Below, in pieces: positions 48,650 to 61,800 of a stretch of DNA of 64,000 bases. Numbering within the stretch: position 1 is the first letter of the stretch; every line of letters begins with the position of its first letter. A program made the translations under genes and the position numbers. The DNA lies in NCBI RefSeq assembly GCF_044704955.1, contig NC_091995.1, positions 49,910,001-49,974,000 of the forward strand, given 5' to 3'. The notes under the pieces were generated by a model. The model was not told the origin of the DNA and did not search any database. It saw only the letters and a list, made by a program, of their open reading frames with translations. Origin of the DNA: Pristiophorus japonicus (taxonomy: Eukaryota).

Positions 48650-49430
48650 CTAGTATCATTCTTGTAAATCTTAGTTGTTGTGCCTTTTCCAGTGCCTCTG
48701 TTCAATTGTTTTTACAATATGGAGACCACAAATGTGTGCAGTATTCTAAGTATGGTTTAACCAAGTTTCGATGGATTTTAACATTTCTTTTCTGTCTTAG
48801 CATTTTACTCCTCTACAGATAAAACCCAATGTTTTGATTTCTGTTTTATGGCCTTACCCACACTTGTCGCTCTTTTTAGTGATTTGTGTATCCGTACCCC
48901 TAGGTACCATTGCATCTTTTCCCCATTTAGACTTTTTTCCAACCAGTATTTGGCCTTCTTATTCCTCATACGAAAATATAACACCTCACACATATCTTTA
49001 TTGAATTTCATTTTCCAATTAAATGTCCATTATGCAGGATTATTGATGTCCTCTTGTAGTTCGTGGCAGAAATACACAATATGCACAATATTAATGATAG
49101 CCCCCGATTTGGTATCGACCACAAGTTTTTAATTATACTTCTGATTCCCGAGTCCGAAATCGGTAAATTGTGAACAACAGTGGTCCCACAACCAGTCCTT
49201 GTGGAACATCACATACCGACTTTTGCCAGTGTGAGCAGATATCCTGAACCCTTACTCTTTGTTTTTTGGACAGTAGCAAGCTTGATATCCATTCTGTTCC
49301 TTGCCCCTTGACTCCACAAGCTCTGATCTTAATGTTGAGTCCAGTATGCAGTACCTTATCGAAGACCATTTTAAAATCCAAATATCTTACATCTACAACA
49401 ATATCCTTGATCACCATTCTGTGACTTCTT
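48650..49430 (-). mobile_element. Degenerate CR1 LINE fragment
   Basis: YLDFKMVFDKV, VPQGLVVGPLLFTIY and MKFNKDMCEVLYF motifs. Confidence 0.8.
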
Positions 49431-49554
49431 CAAATAATTCAATGTGGTATTATATCTTTTTAATTATGTGTCTTATCTGGTCTCTTGATCCCGGGACTTG
49501 TTCTATTTAAATATAGGCATAACATTAGCTGTATGCATGTTATCTGGCACGATT

Positions 49555-50850
49555 CACTTTTCAAATGTACAGTGTGGTTTAGCCTCAGAGAATTGCCAGG
49601 GAGGGGGATGGAGTCAGTGACTTGGGAACGCAGTTTGCAGCAGGGACCGAAAACAATGGTTTCGGTCTTCCCGATATTTAGCTGGAGGTAATGCCTGCTA
49701 CAGCAGTACTGGATCTCGGACAACCAGTCTGACAATTGAGAGAAAGTGCGAGGGTCGAGAGAGGTGGTGGTGAGGTAGAGGCGGGCGTCATCAGCTTACA
49801 AGGGGCAGCATGTAGATGATAAAAAGGAGGTGGGCGAAGGATAGATCATTGGGGGACTCCAGAAGTAAAAATAAAGGAGTGCGAAGAGACGCCATTGCAG
49901 GAAATTCGCTGGCTATGATTAGGCAGATAAGAATGGAACCAAGCGAGGGCAGTATCACCCAGATGGACGATGGTGGAGAGAGGAGCTGGAGGACGCTGAA
50001 GTGGTCAACCATGTCAAAGGCTACAGACAAGTCAAGAAGGGCGAGGAGGAATAACTTACCTTTGTCACATTCACAAAGGATGTCATTTGTGACTTTGATT
50101 AGTGCCGTTTCATTACTGTAAGGGGGGTTGCAGTGGTAAAAATGATTGGAGGGATTCAAACATGGAGTTCCAAGAAAGCTGGGCACGCACTTTTGAGGTG
50201 ACAGCATATTCAATGACTTTGAAGAGGAAAGGGAGGTAGGAGATGGGGCGGTAGCTTGCAAGCACAATGGGGTCACGGGCTGATTTTTGAGGAGAGGCGT
50301 GATGAGGGCAGATTTGATGGTGGGGGGCACAGTACCTGAGGAGAAAGAATCATTAACAATGTCACCTGACATGGGAGTCAGAAAAGGAAGTTGGGTGGTG
50401 TGCAGTTTCATGGGAATCGGGTCGAGAAAGCAGGAAAGGGTTCTCATGGACAAGATGAGTGCAGCGAGGTCATGAAGGAAGATCGGAGAGAAACCAGAAA
50501 AAAATGCGAATTTGGGGCTAGGGCAAGGGGGATCCTTAGAGGAGGTTTAGCCCTGTGGGACAGACAAAGGAAGGAAAGTGGCTGAGGCAGCTGATTGGAT
50601 GGTCTCAGTCTTAGAGTCAAAGAAGTCCATGATCTTCGTGCCCTTGTTGGAGGTGAGAGTGGAGGAGACAGTAGAGATGGGTTTAAGAAGATGGTTAGCA
50701 GTCAAGCATAGAAGCCAGTGTTATCTTTACATTCCAGAATGGTGCTGGAATAGTGAGCAGTTTTGGCAGTTGAGAGCAGGGCACAATAATGCTTTATCAA
50801 CCAGATCTGGTGGTGAATGTCTAAGCCATATCTATTCAGGTTTGTGTCAC
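49555..50850 (-). mobile_element. L2 LINE RT fragment
   Basis: SCFLDPIP, KSALITPLLK, ETALIKVTNDIL, LLDLSVAFDMVDH and LQLNIGKTETIVF motifs. Confidence 0.88.
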
Positions 50851-50964
50851 TTGGACTTAAGTGAGTGGAGATGAGGGCTATACCAAGGGGAACGGGCAGG
50901 GTGGGGTGGTTAACTGGGCTGGGGATGATTTGGCCCCGTTTAATTGCCTTAAATTTCGCCTGAA

Positions 50965-51170
50965 ATTCACACACAATCCTGACTTGGAAGTATGTCGCCA
51001 TTCCTTCATCGACGTTAAGTCAATATCTTGGAAGTCCTTCCCTAACAGCACTGTGGGAGCATCACCACCACATGGACTGCAGCGGTTCAAGACTGCGGCT
51101 CACCATCATCTTCTCAAGGGCAATTAGGGATCGACAGCAATGCCCACAACCTATGAACGAATAAAATTAA
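50965..51170 (+). mobile_element. LINE (CR1/L2 clade) 3' end
   Basis: tggaagtccttccctaacagcactgtggg..gcagcggttcaag..caccatcatcttctcaagggcaattaggga..aataaa. Confidence 0.65.
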
Positions 51171-51174
51171 ACTT

Positions 51175-54100
51175 TATTCAGTGCAAGTTCACCATGCATT
51201 TCCTGATGGTACTTGCTTCATATGTAACAAATCACAGTTACACCCTTATAGTCTCACTATCATGTACACGTGCCAGCCAATACTAGCTATTCTTGGGCTT
51301 TCAGGTTATCTTATCAAAAGATTTCAGTCATCGGGAAAACTCCCCGTGCATGGTCCCGATGTCTTGGGCAGTGGTTAGGCTATCAATTAAGTTTTATTGG
51401 AAGGTATATAGGCACGAACACAAATGTCTCCGATAAAAAAACTATCAATTTACTGCCTATAACTACACTTTTCTGAATTTCACTAGAAAGCTAGGACTAT
51501 TCCATTTGTTAATGTGATTTGCCTGTATCCATCTGCATTGTAAGTGGGGCATCCCATTAATTACCATTCCATATCTTTCATGAGTCCTGCAGGAACTTTA
51601 TTGTCTAATACAATAGTTAAGATAGAAGACATAGCTCAAAACATCCCGCTTGATCAAGTTATATCTGCCGATGTCTGCTGTTAAGTTCTTCAATGCTTAA
51701 AACTGCTGGATCACTTGCAGCGCCAGCATTAATAATGTTAAATAAAACATTTTCATCAGGGAAGATAATAGTATTAGATTACAAAATCCAGTAAATTATA
51801 TCATATTTCTCTTTGTTCGTTCTTCAGATGCCTTTTAAATGACTAAAAATATTGACTAAAATGGAGAAAAAATAGTTTTCACATTTAAACAAATCAAGAC
51901 AAACTGCTTTGGAAATTGATATACCAACTGCGACTCCAAGGTTAAATCTTAGACTGAAAATTAATCTTCTTTTAAATATACTTTTTCTTTCGTTTTTCTC
52001 ACTTTTTCCACCAGCTTAACTTAAATACTTACACACATTCTTAAAACCTCCAAACCAAGATAAGATTACAAAGTGTTAAACGGCTTTTAGCTCTTTGCAC
52101 AGAGAACTGGGGAAACTAAAACAAACAGATCAGACACATTTTTTAAAGACAGACTTTCAGACAAAAGTAACACTGTAACTTTTACATGCTTTGTAAAAAA
52201 ACATTAACATTCACACCGAAGACAAAAAAACAGTAGAACGGCAGGAAAGATACATGGTATTTCTTTTTCTTCTTTATTTCATCCTTTCCACATAACCCAA
52301 TTTTCAATTTCTGATGTTTTCTACTGAATCCCACATTTTTACTGATTACTGCCATTGGGGATCTGGGAGAGTAGGGTGGGGGTCTCCCGAACCAACGGGG
52401 TACACGCTGGGGTGGCTGAGTTGAGTTTGCTATAGTCAATAGTCATCCGGTTGTGATCCAATTTTATTAACCATCCAAACTGGGGAGTTCGTCGTAAATT
52501 TGCTTTTGTGAACAATACCCCACTTTAGCTCAGAGGGACGGGATCATTGTATAGTTATCTGCACTGAAATGTCTAATCACAATAAAAGGTGGGGCATGCC
52601 CTTTGTAGGATCGGAGTCAGGTTCATGAATGATGGTGACGAAGGAGCCAGAGTTGATGAAAATTAATTGTGAACGGCTGCCAGGATTGAAATGCAAACTA
52701 CCACCATCACGGTATTGGAGAGAAGTTATCTCCCCCTGAGAGGCCTGTAGGAAACACAGTGGCGGTGGAAGCGGAGCCGTTAGCTTGGGTTGCTGATGCA
52801 CCGCAGCAACCAGTCATACCTTCAGGCCGATTTGCATGACCCCTAAAGCTGCCTCCAATCTCCCTAGCCAATGTTCGACCGAGTTGGGCTCTGTTCGTCT
52901 TGGTGCGGGTTGTGGCATTGACGGGCATAGCGGCCAAGGCGATTGCAGAGATATCAGCGCACTGGGACACCTTTGTCTGGCCCGGGGGTTTTGGACAGAG
53001 CTGATCTCTGGTAAGACAGCAGGCCTTCGGCGGTTGCTACTTTTAACTTTAGTGCAATAGAAGATATTGAGGTAGAACTATTTGAAACACTATGGGAGGA
53101 GAGCTTCAACTTCCACCAGCTCCTAGCTAACACCAAGCAGGGCCCTACTGAAAGCCCGAATGCCTTCACATAAAAACTTCATTACATCTGTCAGTGCAGC
53201 AGCGGTGAACTACATTCAAACTGTCTTTTTGAACAGGTTCCAACTATTGGTCCATAATGCATTGGGCACTTACGTCTCCAAAGACAACCCAAGGGACAAG
53301 TACGCAGCTATGCCAGGAGGCTTGGGACCAGACCCGTGCCTACATCCCCTAGAACACCCACATTGCACCATCCGCCAGAATTTCCAAATCCATTTCTGTT
53401 TTGATTCTGAGGAACACACATGCAGGAGTACCTGTTTAAAGTAGTCCCCTTCTAGTTCTGGATGTGTAAACTACAAAATCCTCCACCACTGCCTGAGGCT
53501 GAGGAGGCTGATGTCCTTGTTCACCGCCCCCAGTTTAGCTTGAGGAGCTCCGACCTCAACCGTGGTTGTGGTAGTGGTTTATACCTCGTTAATCGTGGTC
53601 GAGGAGTTTTGTTTCCTGTCCAGGACACGGTCAGCCTGGCTCTTGGGCTCACTCACTGCCTTACCTCGGGTGACCACACACACACTGGTAACACCTCATC
53701 TGCCTTGCCATCCTTGTAATGTGGAGGTGGGAGAGAGGGAACAGGATTCTCAGGTATACTGTCCCAGCAAGGGCCGGAATATTTCCATTTGATTTGGGAG
53801 ACAGCAGCCACCACTGCCCCCTGTTGGCTGATTTGTGTCTGAAGCTGTTCGATTTTTGCTAAGCACGGGGAGTGGTCTGCTTTTGGGGAGGCGAAGGTTT
53901 AGCGAAGGTTTAATTCCCTTAAAGTGCCCCTTTCATCGTCTAACCTTACCCAACCTGGTATATTCTGCCTGTAGTTCAATGTTTTGCTCTAGTATTTGGT
54001 TTAGTTCTTTTCGTCACAGGTCTTTCTTTCCCAGCGTATCTGGTTGTGAAGGACAGAAGTGATTTCCTGACAATCGTTGCTAACTTTTGTGCGCTTGTCT

Positions 54101-55110
54101 ATCTCTTCTTTTAAGTCATTATTTTCTTATTTAACTGTGCATCGCACAATTGTGCTCCATAAGCTAACATATCTTGGCCTTCTTTCAGCTTAAGTTTGCT
54201 TTTTTGGATAACCTCAGAGACTCTTTGAAGAATGTAATCATAGTTCTCGTAACTATATTCGAGGATTTTTTAGAAGGTCCTTCGCTGCAAACGCGTCAGA
54301 TTTTTCTGTCAGACTGTATATTAATGTTCGCGGTGATAAGCCAATGCCATTGTGTTTCTGTTTTTACTTATTTATCATGCTCTTTTTGACTTCTTTCAGA
54401 GAGTCCCCTATCCAGTCTTAACGATGATCACATGCATGTTACCAAGTCTCCCCGGTCCTCAAACCAACCTGATAACTCCTATGCCTGTGACCCCACTTCT
54501 GACACCACTGTAAGATTTGGAGCACAGGTCTCACATAGAATATCCACGGGTCATAGAAGTTGTAAGGCATTTTATTAAGGAGTGGCAGTTATATAACGTG
54601 CGATGAAGATAGATATAGTCGACATACAACCCGTGACAGACGAGAATGGTCTATGTGCCCGGCACAGAACGGACAGACATTGAGGCAGAGCTGTAGTTTT
54701 GAAGCAGATCACGAGCTGGTGGACGTGTTAGTCAGAAGCCAACATGATGTTTACCTTGAGGAAACTGTTTCCTCAGTCTGCCTGTTTCTTGCTCTCAGTT
54801 GCGAGTTTTTATAACTTGTTTCAGGGCGTCCATGGATACCTTGCATCAATCATTTTTACTTAATCCATGATCTCCCATCCTCGATAAGTCAGCTTTTTCT
54901 TTATCTCTGTTCTAAATGCCTGTTGTTCATCTATAGACAGTTTTCATATCCTACAGCTTCTTGCTACCCCCGTTATCAGTCTAGTCATGTCTGCTGGAAG
55001 ACCCGTTTTTCAAGTCCTGACCTCGTATCAAACTTAGTTCTCAGTGTCTGCTGAGCTGGCAAAATATTTATTTTATAAATACATTATTTCTTTAATAACT
55101 CGCAATTTCT
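51175..55110 (-). mobile_element. Decayed tRNA-Leu-primed retrovirus-like LTR element: 5' LTR, PBS, coiled-coil gag, CCHC, protease, RT N-terminus, possible env start
   Basis: LTR from 54509. PBS TGGTGTCAGAAGTGGG (54492-54507). gag DHSPCLAKIEQLQTQI; knuckle (C)YLCNRLG(H)YARQC at ~52916-52957; protease FI(N)SGSFVTII at ~52625-52645; RT TNSPVWMV..RMTIDYSKLNSATP at ~52360-52500. Confidence 0.78.
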
Positions 55111-55114
55111 TTGG

Positions 55115-58100
55115 ATTCATGATTTAATCTACATATAGACTGGGCAAACCAAATATACACTAATAGTGTAGAGGACGAATTCATGGAATGTATACATGAT
55201 GGTTTTCCAGATCAGTATATTGAACACCCAAAGAGGGACCAGGCTATTTTAGATCTAGTATTGTGCAATGACAAAGGATTAATTAATGACCTTGTAGTAA
55301 AGGGGCTTTTTTATGGATGAATTACCATAGTATAATAGAATGTTATTTTGAGTTGGAAAGATTTAATTAAATCCGAAACTAAGGTCTTAAATCTAAACAA
55401 AGCAAACTACGTAGGTATGAGGGGTGAGGAGGCTACGATAGATTGGGAAACTACATTAAAAGGTAGACAAGCAATGACTAGCATTTAAAGAATTAATACA
55501 TAATTTTAAAAAACATAGATTCCTTTAAGGCACCAAAACCCACACAGGAATAGAGGTCCAACCGTGATAAACAAGATAAGTTAAATATAGTATTATTTCA
55601 AAGGAAGAGGCTTATAATGTTGCCAAAAAGAGCAGTAAGCTGAGGATTGGGAGGACGTTAGAATTCAGCAAAGGAGGATGAAGACATTGACCAAGGAAGG
55701 AAGAAGATAATATGAGAGTAGACTTGTGAGAGACCTAAAAACAGATGGAAAAGGGAAGGAAAAGCGTAGAGAAAGTAAATGTGGATCCTTCACAGGCTCA
55801 GACAAGAGAAATTATAATGGGGAATAAGGAAATGGCATGGAAATTAAACACATACTGTGTGTCTGTCTTCACGAAAGAAGACACGAACAACCTCCCAGAA
55901 ATAGTCGAGAAACAAGGGTCTAGCGAGAATGAGGAACAGAAAGAAATTAGAATTAGTAAAAAAATAGTACTGGAGAACTAAATGGGACTGAAAGCCGATA
56001 AATCCCCTGGATCTGAAGGCTTACATCCTCGTGGTTTGAAAGCGGTGGCAATAAAGATAGCGGCTGCAGTGCTAGTCATCTTCCAAAATGCAATACATTC
56101 TCGAACGGTTCCCGCAGATTAGAAGTTATCTAATGTAACCCCACTGTTTAAGAAAGGAGGGAGAGAGAAAACGTGGAATTAAAGACAAGTTGGATTGACA
56201 TCAGTCGTAGGGAAACTGCTAGAATCTATTATTAAGGACACGGTAACAGGGCACTTAGAATACAATTATAGCATTGGGTAGAGTCAACACAGATTTACGA
56301 AAAGGAAATCATGTTTGTCAAATATGTTGGTTTTAACTAGTAGAATAGATACAGTGGAACCAGTGAATGTGGAATATTTGGATTTTCAGAAGGCATTCAA
56401 TCCGGTGCCACACAAGAGGTTATTAAACAGAATTAGGGCTTGTGGGAGTGGGGGTAATATACTAGCATAGTTTGGGGATTGGTTAAAGGACAGAAACCAG
56501 AGAGTAGGAATAAACGGGTCATTTTCAGGATGGCACGCTGTAACTATTGGGAAGCCGCAAGCATCGGTGGTTGGGCACCAGCTATTCGCCATCTATATCA
56601 ATGATTTGGATGAGGGGACCAAATGTAATATCTTCAAGTTTGCTGATGGTACAACACTCGGTAGGAATGTAAGTTGTAAGGAGGATGCAAAGAGGCTTCA
56701 ACTGAATGGGCACGAGCATGGCAAATGTAATATAATGTCGAGAAATGTGAAGTTGTCGACTTTGGGAGGAAAAATAGAAAATCAGAGTCTTTTTTAAATG
56801 TTGAGAGATTGGGAAATGTTATTGCTCAGAGGAACCTGGGTGTCCTTGTACAAGAATCACTGAAAGTTAACATGCAGGAACAGTTAGCAATTAAGAAAGC
56901 AAATGGTATGTTGGCCTGTATTACAAGAGGATTTCAGTATAATAAGTAAAGACATATTATTGCAATAATATCATCATAATTGGCAGTCCCTCGAAATTGA
57001 GGAAGAATTGCTTCCACTCTAAAAGTGAGTTGTTAGGTGACTGAACAGTCCAATACAGGATTTATAGTTTCTGTCGCAGGTGGAGCAGACAGTCATTGAA
57101 GGAAAGGATGGGTGGGAAGATTGGTTTGCCACATGCTCCTACCGCTACATGCACTTGATTTCTGCATGCTCTTGGCGATGAGACACGAGGTGCTCAGTGC
57201 CCACCCGGAAGCTCCTCCTCCACTTAGGATGGTCTTCTGCCAGGGACTCCCAGGTATTGGCGTGGATGTTGTATTTTATCAAGGAGGCTTTGAGGGTGTC
57301 CTTGAAACGTTTCCTCTGCCCACCTGGTGCTTGCCTGCCGTGTAGGAGCTCCAAGTAGAGTGCTTGCTTTGGGAGTCTTATGTCAGGCATGTGAAGAATG
57401 TGGCCTACCCAACGAAGCTGGTCGAGTGTGGTCAATGCTTCAGTGCTGGGGATGTTAGCCTGATCGAGGATGCTAATATTGGCGCATCTGTCCTTCCAGG
57501 GGATTTGCAGGATCTTGCGGAGACATCGTTGGTGATATTTCTCCGGCAACTTGAGGTGCCTACTGTATATAGTCCACATCTCTGAGCCATACAGGAGGGC
57601 GGGTATCATTACAGCCCTGTAGACCATGACCTTGAGACCAGATTTGAGGTCATGATCTTCGAACACGCTCTTCCTCAGATGGCCGAAAGCTGCACTAGTA
57701 CACTGGAGACGGTGTTGAACCTCGATGTCTGCCCTTGCTGATAATATGCTCCAGAGGTATGGAAAGTGGTTCACGTTGTCCAACCCATGGATCTTGATGA
57801 CTAGGGGGCAGTGCTATGTGGCAGGATCAGTTTGGTGGAGGAACTTTGTCTTATGGATATTTAGTGTAAGCCCCATGCTTCCATGTGCCTCAGTGAAGCT
57901 GTTGACTATAATTTGGAGTTCAGTCTCTGAACGTGCACAGACACAAGCGTCGTCTGCATACTGTAGCTCCACAACAAATGTTGGGGCGGTCTTGGATCTG
58001 GCCTGGAGACGCCGAAGGTTGAACAGGTTCCATTGGTTTTGTAGTTTAGTTCCACTCCAGCGGCATTTAATATGGTGCCATACAAATGATTATTAAACAA

Positions 58101-58350
58101 GATTAGGGCTCGTAGGACTTGGGGTAATATACCTACGTGGTAAGACCGCACCTGAAGTATTATGTACAATTTTGAAACCCTTACCTAATTAAGGATATAC
58201 TTACCATAGAGGAATGCAATGATGGATCACAAGACTGATTCCTGGGATGTGGGCATTGTCTTATGAGGAGAGATTGAGTATACTAGGCCTTTTATTTAGA
58301 AGAATGAGAAGTGATCTCATTGAAACATAAAATATTCTTACTGGGCTTGG
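55115..58350 (+). mobile_element. Degenerate CR1 LINE interrupted by an RTE
   Basis: IMGNKEMA..SVFTKED and IYINDLDEGTKCNIFKFADGT motifs; resumes after ~58065. Confidence 0.85.
56972..58062 (-). mobile_element. 5'-truncated RTE LINE
   Basis: VNHFPYLWSILS, VYRAVMIPALLYGSEMWT, QLRWVGHI and GGQRKRFKDTLK motifs, with an (atg)n-like tail at ~56972. Confidence 0.9.
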
Positions 58351-58819
58351 CAGCCGTTCTGGAAAGAAACCACACGGAGTCATGGATAGGCTATGATATG
58401 AGAACATGTTTTAGCTCACAAATGTCCAAACTTCTCGTCATGCCTTGGGATTACAACGGCTTATTAAAAACATAGCTACAGCATCCATTCAAAGGTCATT
58501 CTTATTTACACGTGATGAAATAATCTCTGGTTCTCATCACATCAGCACATTAAGCAATCCTATTATTCCCTTAAGCCACCTTGTCTGATCCAGGTAGGAC
58601 ACAGCCAGCCCCGAATTCTCCACTCGTGAGATTATCCAGGGATCCGATTGGACTCTCGCGGGTCTTGAATTCATTACTTTCAAGGTTCTCTTACAGCTTC
58701 ACTGATGTCCTGGTGATATTGACTGGGCCTGAAAACATATATAGGTCAGATCTATATGACATATGGATTCATTGGTACCTCCTTCTCTGATTGCCGTGAT
58801 GTAACTATGGGCACGAGGG

Positions 58820-61800
58820 TAAAACCCGAAAATGCTGGATATCTCAGCATCTGTGGAGAGGAAGCAAAGTTAACATTTTGGGTCGATGACCCTTTGTCAG
58901 AACTGGAGAATGTTTGGAAAGAACATATTCTTAATGAGCACTGAAAGGGGATGGGAAGAAATAACAAAAGAGAATGTCTGTGATATGTTGGAAGACAGGA
59001 GAGATTAGGGAGACAAAAGGGATGTTGGCAAAAATTCAACTGGTATTGCCAGGTGTTTGGAAATCATTAGTTAACATAGAATGTGAATAGTGGGATAATG
59101 ACCAACTGCCATTAGAGACAAGGAAAAAAAAAAAGAAAGTAACAGTCTCTGATGTCGTGGGTGGGGGGTGGGAGTGGAGGAAAGGGAGCCAAAGATTGAC
59201 AGGCGACCAGAAGCTCAGGGTGACACTTGCAGATTGAACAGAGGTGCTCCGCAAAGCGGTCACCCAATCTACACTTGCTGTCCCCAATGTAGAGGAGGTC
59301 ACAATGTGAGCAGCGAATACAATATATTAAATTGAGGCTTGGTTGGGGGCAGGCATTGGGAGGGTCAGTGCCCCACTGGAGTTCAGAATGGGAGGTCAGG
59401 GAGGTCACAGCTATGATGCTCACCACTTGCTGGAGGAGGAGAAGAGGCCAGGCCACCTCTGGGGAAGGAGAGGTCCAGCCGTCATTGAGGAGGCCCAGAA
59501 GCCGTCATGGAGGAGAGGCCCTGAATGCCATTGGATGGGTGGAGGCCTGTCGCTGGAGGGGTGATGGCCAGTCGCTGGACGGATGAAAGGACGGCCCCTG
59601 GAGGGGTAAACAGGCCCCTAACCAAGTCTCGGATCACCTACCATCAAGGGCGTTACTCAGCGCCGAGCTTGCAGTCAACATCTTGCTGTAGGCAACTAGG
59701 CTCATACAGCAGTGCCTGGTCTCCAGTCGTCTTGGACCCCCTTGCCACTGGATTAAGATCTTGCTCAGCTAAGCCTGTGTGTTAGCCAGTGTGCAACGAC
59801 CACCCAACATTAAAAGAACTCAGACACAGGCACATCCACTCCTCCAACATGAAGTTCAGGACATGGAACGTCAGGACCTTCCAACAGCGACAGACCAGAA
59901 AGCCACACCGCCATAGTTGCCTGGGAACTTAGACAGTTCGATATTGACATCGCCGCCCTAAGCGAGACCCGACGGGCAGGGGAAGGCCAGCTCAAGGAAC
60001 AAGGTGGAGGTTACACCTTCTTCTGGAAAGGGAATCCAGAGGCAGAATGCTGCCTTCATGGATTCGGCTTCTCCATCAATAACGAGCTGGTCAACTACCT
60101 CAAAGACTCCTCCTGCGGGGCTAATGAACGCCTCATGACTCTTCGACTCATTCAATCCCAGAATGAATGCACAACAGTCATCAATGCATACGCCCCAACA
60201 TTCGATGCATCAGATGAGACCAAAGAGGGTTTCTACTCCAACCTCAAAAAATCCCTGAACCGCGTCCCCGCGGATGACAAACTCATCCTCCTCGGTGACT
60301 TCAAAGCCAGGGTTGGCAATGACACAGCCCTCTGGGGAGGCGTGATTGGCAGTGAGGGGGTAGGGAAAGCCAACTCCAATGGTACCCTACTCCCGACAAA
60401 ATGTCTACAACATGAATTTGTCATCACCAACACCTTGCCCTGCTAGAGGGACAAATACAAGTCATCGTGGCAACACCCTCGCTCAAAACGCTGGCACCTG
60501 CTCGACTATGTCATCATCCGACCAGTGATCACAATGATATGCGTATCACCCAAGCCATGAGAGGAGCTGGCGACTGCTGGATGGACCACCGCCTAATTTG
60601 ATGCGTCATTGACATCAACATAGTTCCCAAGTGGAGGGGGCAGCAGAAGCAGTGCCACAAAAAAGTCAATGCCGGAGCATTTAAACCCAGCTAAGAAAGC
60701 CCTATACAGTCAGCACCTCACAGCTAACCATACGTGCGCTGATGACCCCGAGATGCAGAATGCCCACAGCACTTGGTCTGCCCTTCAGGCCTCCATAACC
60801 AGAGCCTGCAAAGAGATGCTCGGTCATTCAACCAGGAAGCACCAGGATTGGTTTGATGAGCATGATCAGGAGAATGAAGAGCTAATAGATCGCAAGAGCG
60901 GGGCATTTCTGAGCCTTAAACAACCCAACTCAGGAGCAGCAAAGCAGCATTACAGACGGCTCAAGGCTGAGGCCCAACAAAAGCCCGGGACCTAAAGAAT
61001 AGGTGGTGGATGGAGAAAGCACAGGAGATACATCAGCTGGCCGCCAGTCATGATGTGCGAGGATTCTTCATCACAGTCAAGGCCACCTACGGTCCAAACA
61101 CCCAAGGCTCCATCCCACTGCTGGCTGAGAATGGGGAAACACTCATCAAGGACACTGAGGCAGTCAGGACCTGCTGGAAGGAACACTTCGAAGAGCTCCT
61201 CAGTCGAGACTCTGCCTTTGACTCGAGTGTTCTCGACTCCATCCCGCAGCATACTATCTGCCACCACCTCACTATAATCCTAAAACTGCACGAGGTAGAA
61301 AAAGCCACAAAACAGCTTAAAAACAACAAGGCTATGGGAGCGGACGGAATCCCTGCGGAGGCACTGAAGTACGGTGGAGAGGCACTACTGGCGTGAATAA
61401 ATGACCTCATCTCTCTCATCTGGAGAGAGGACAGCATGCCGGGAGATCTCAGAGATGCAGTGATCGTGACTATCTTTAAAAAAGAGGACAAGTCCGACTG
61501 TGGCAACTACGGAGGAAGCTCCCTATCAGGCACAGGGAAAGTCGTCGCTAGAGTTGTCCTCAGCCATCTTCTCCCTGTGGCAGAGGAGCTGCTTCTGGAG
61601 TCACAGTGCAAATTTCATTCCCTATGGAGCACAACGGACATGATTTTTGCAGTGCGACAGTTGCAGGAAAAATGCAGGGAGAGCACCAGCCCTTAAACAT
61701 GGCCTTCTTCGACCTCACAAGGGTCTTTGACATTGTCAACTGCGAGGGTCTATTGAGTGTCCTCCTCGTTTTCGGGTGTCCCTAAAAAAACTTCACCATC

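Noticed and set aside
59600-59705. HDV-like ribozyme in the RTE 5' UTR (P4-like CTTGCAG/CTGTAGG followed by CAACTAGG)
   Set aside because: RTEs often carry these, but I could not assemble convincing P1/P1.1/P3 pairings by eye. It needs a covariance-model search.
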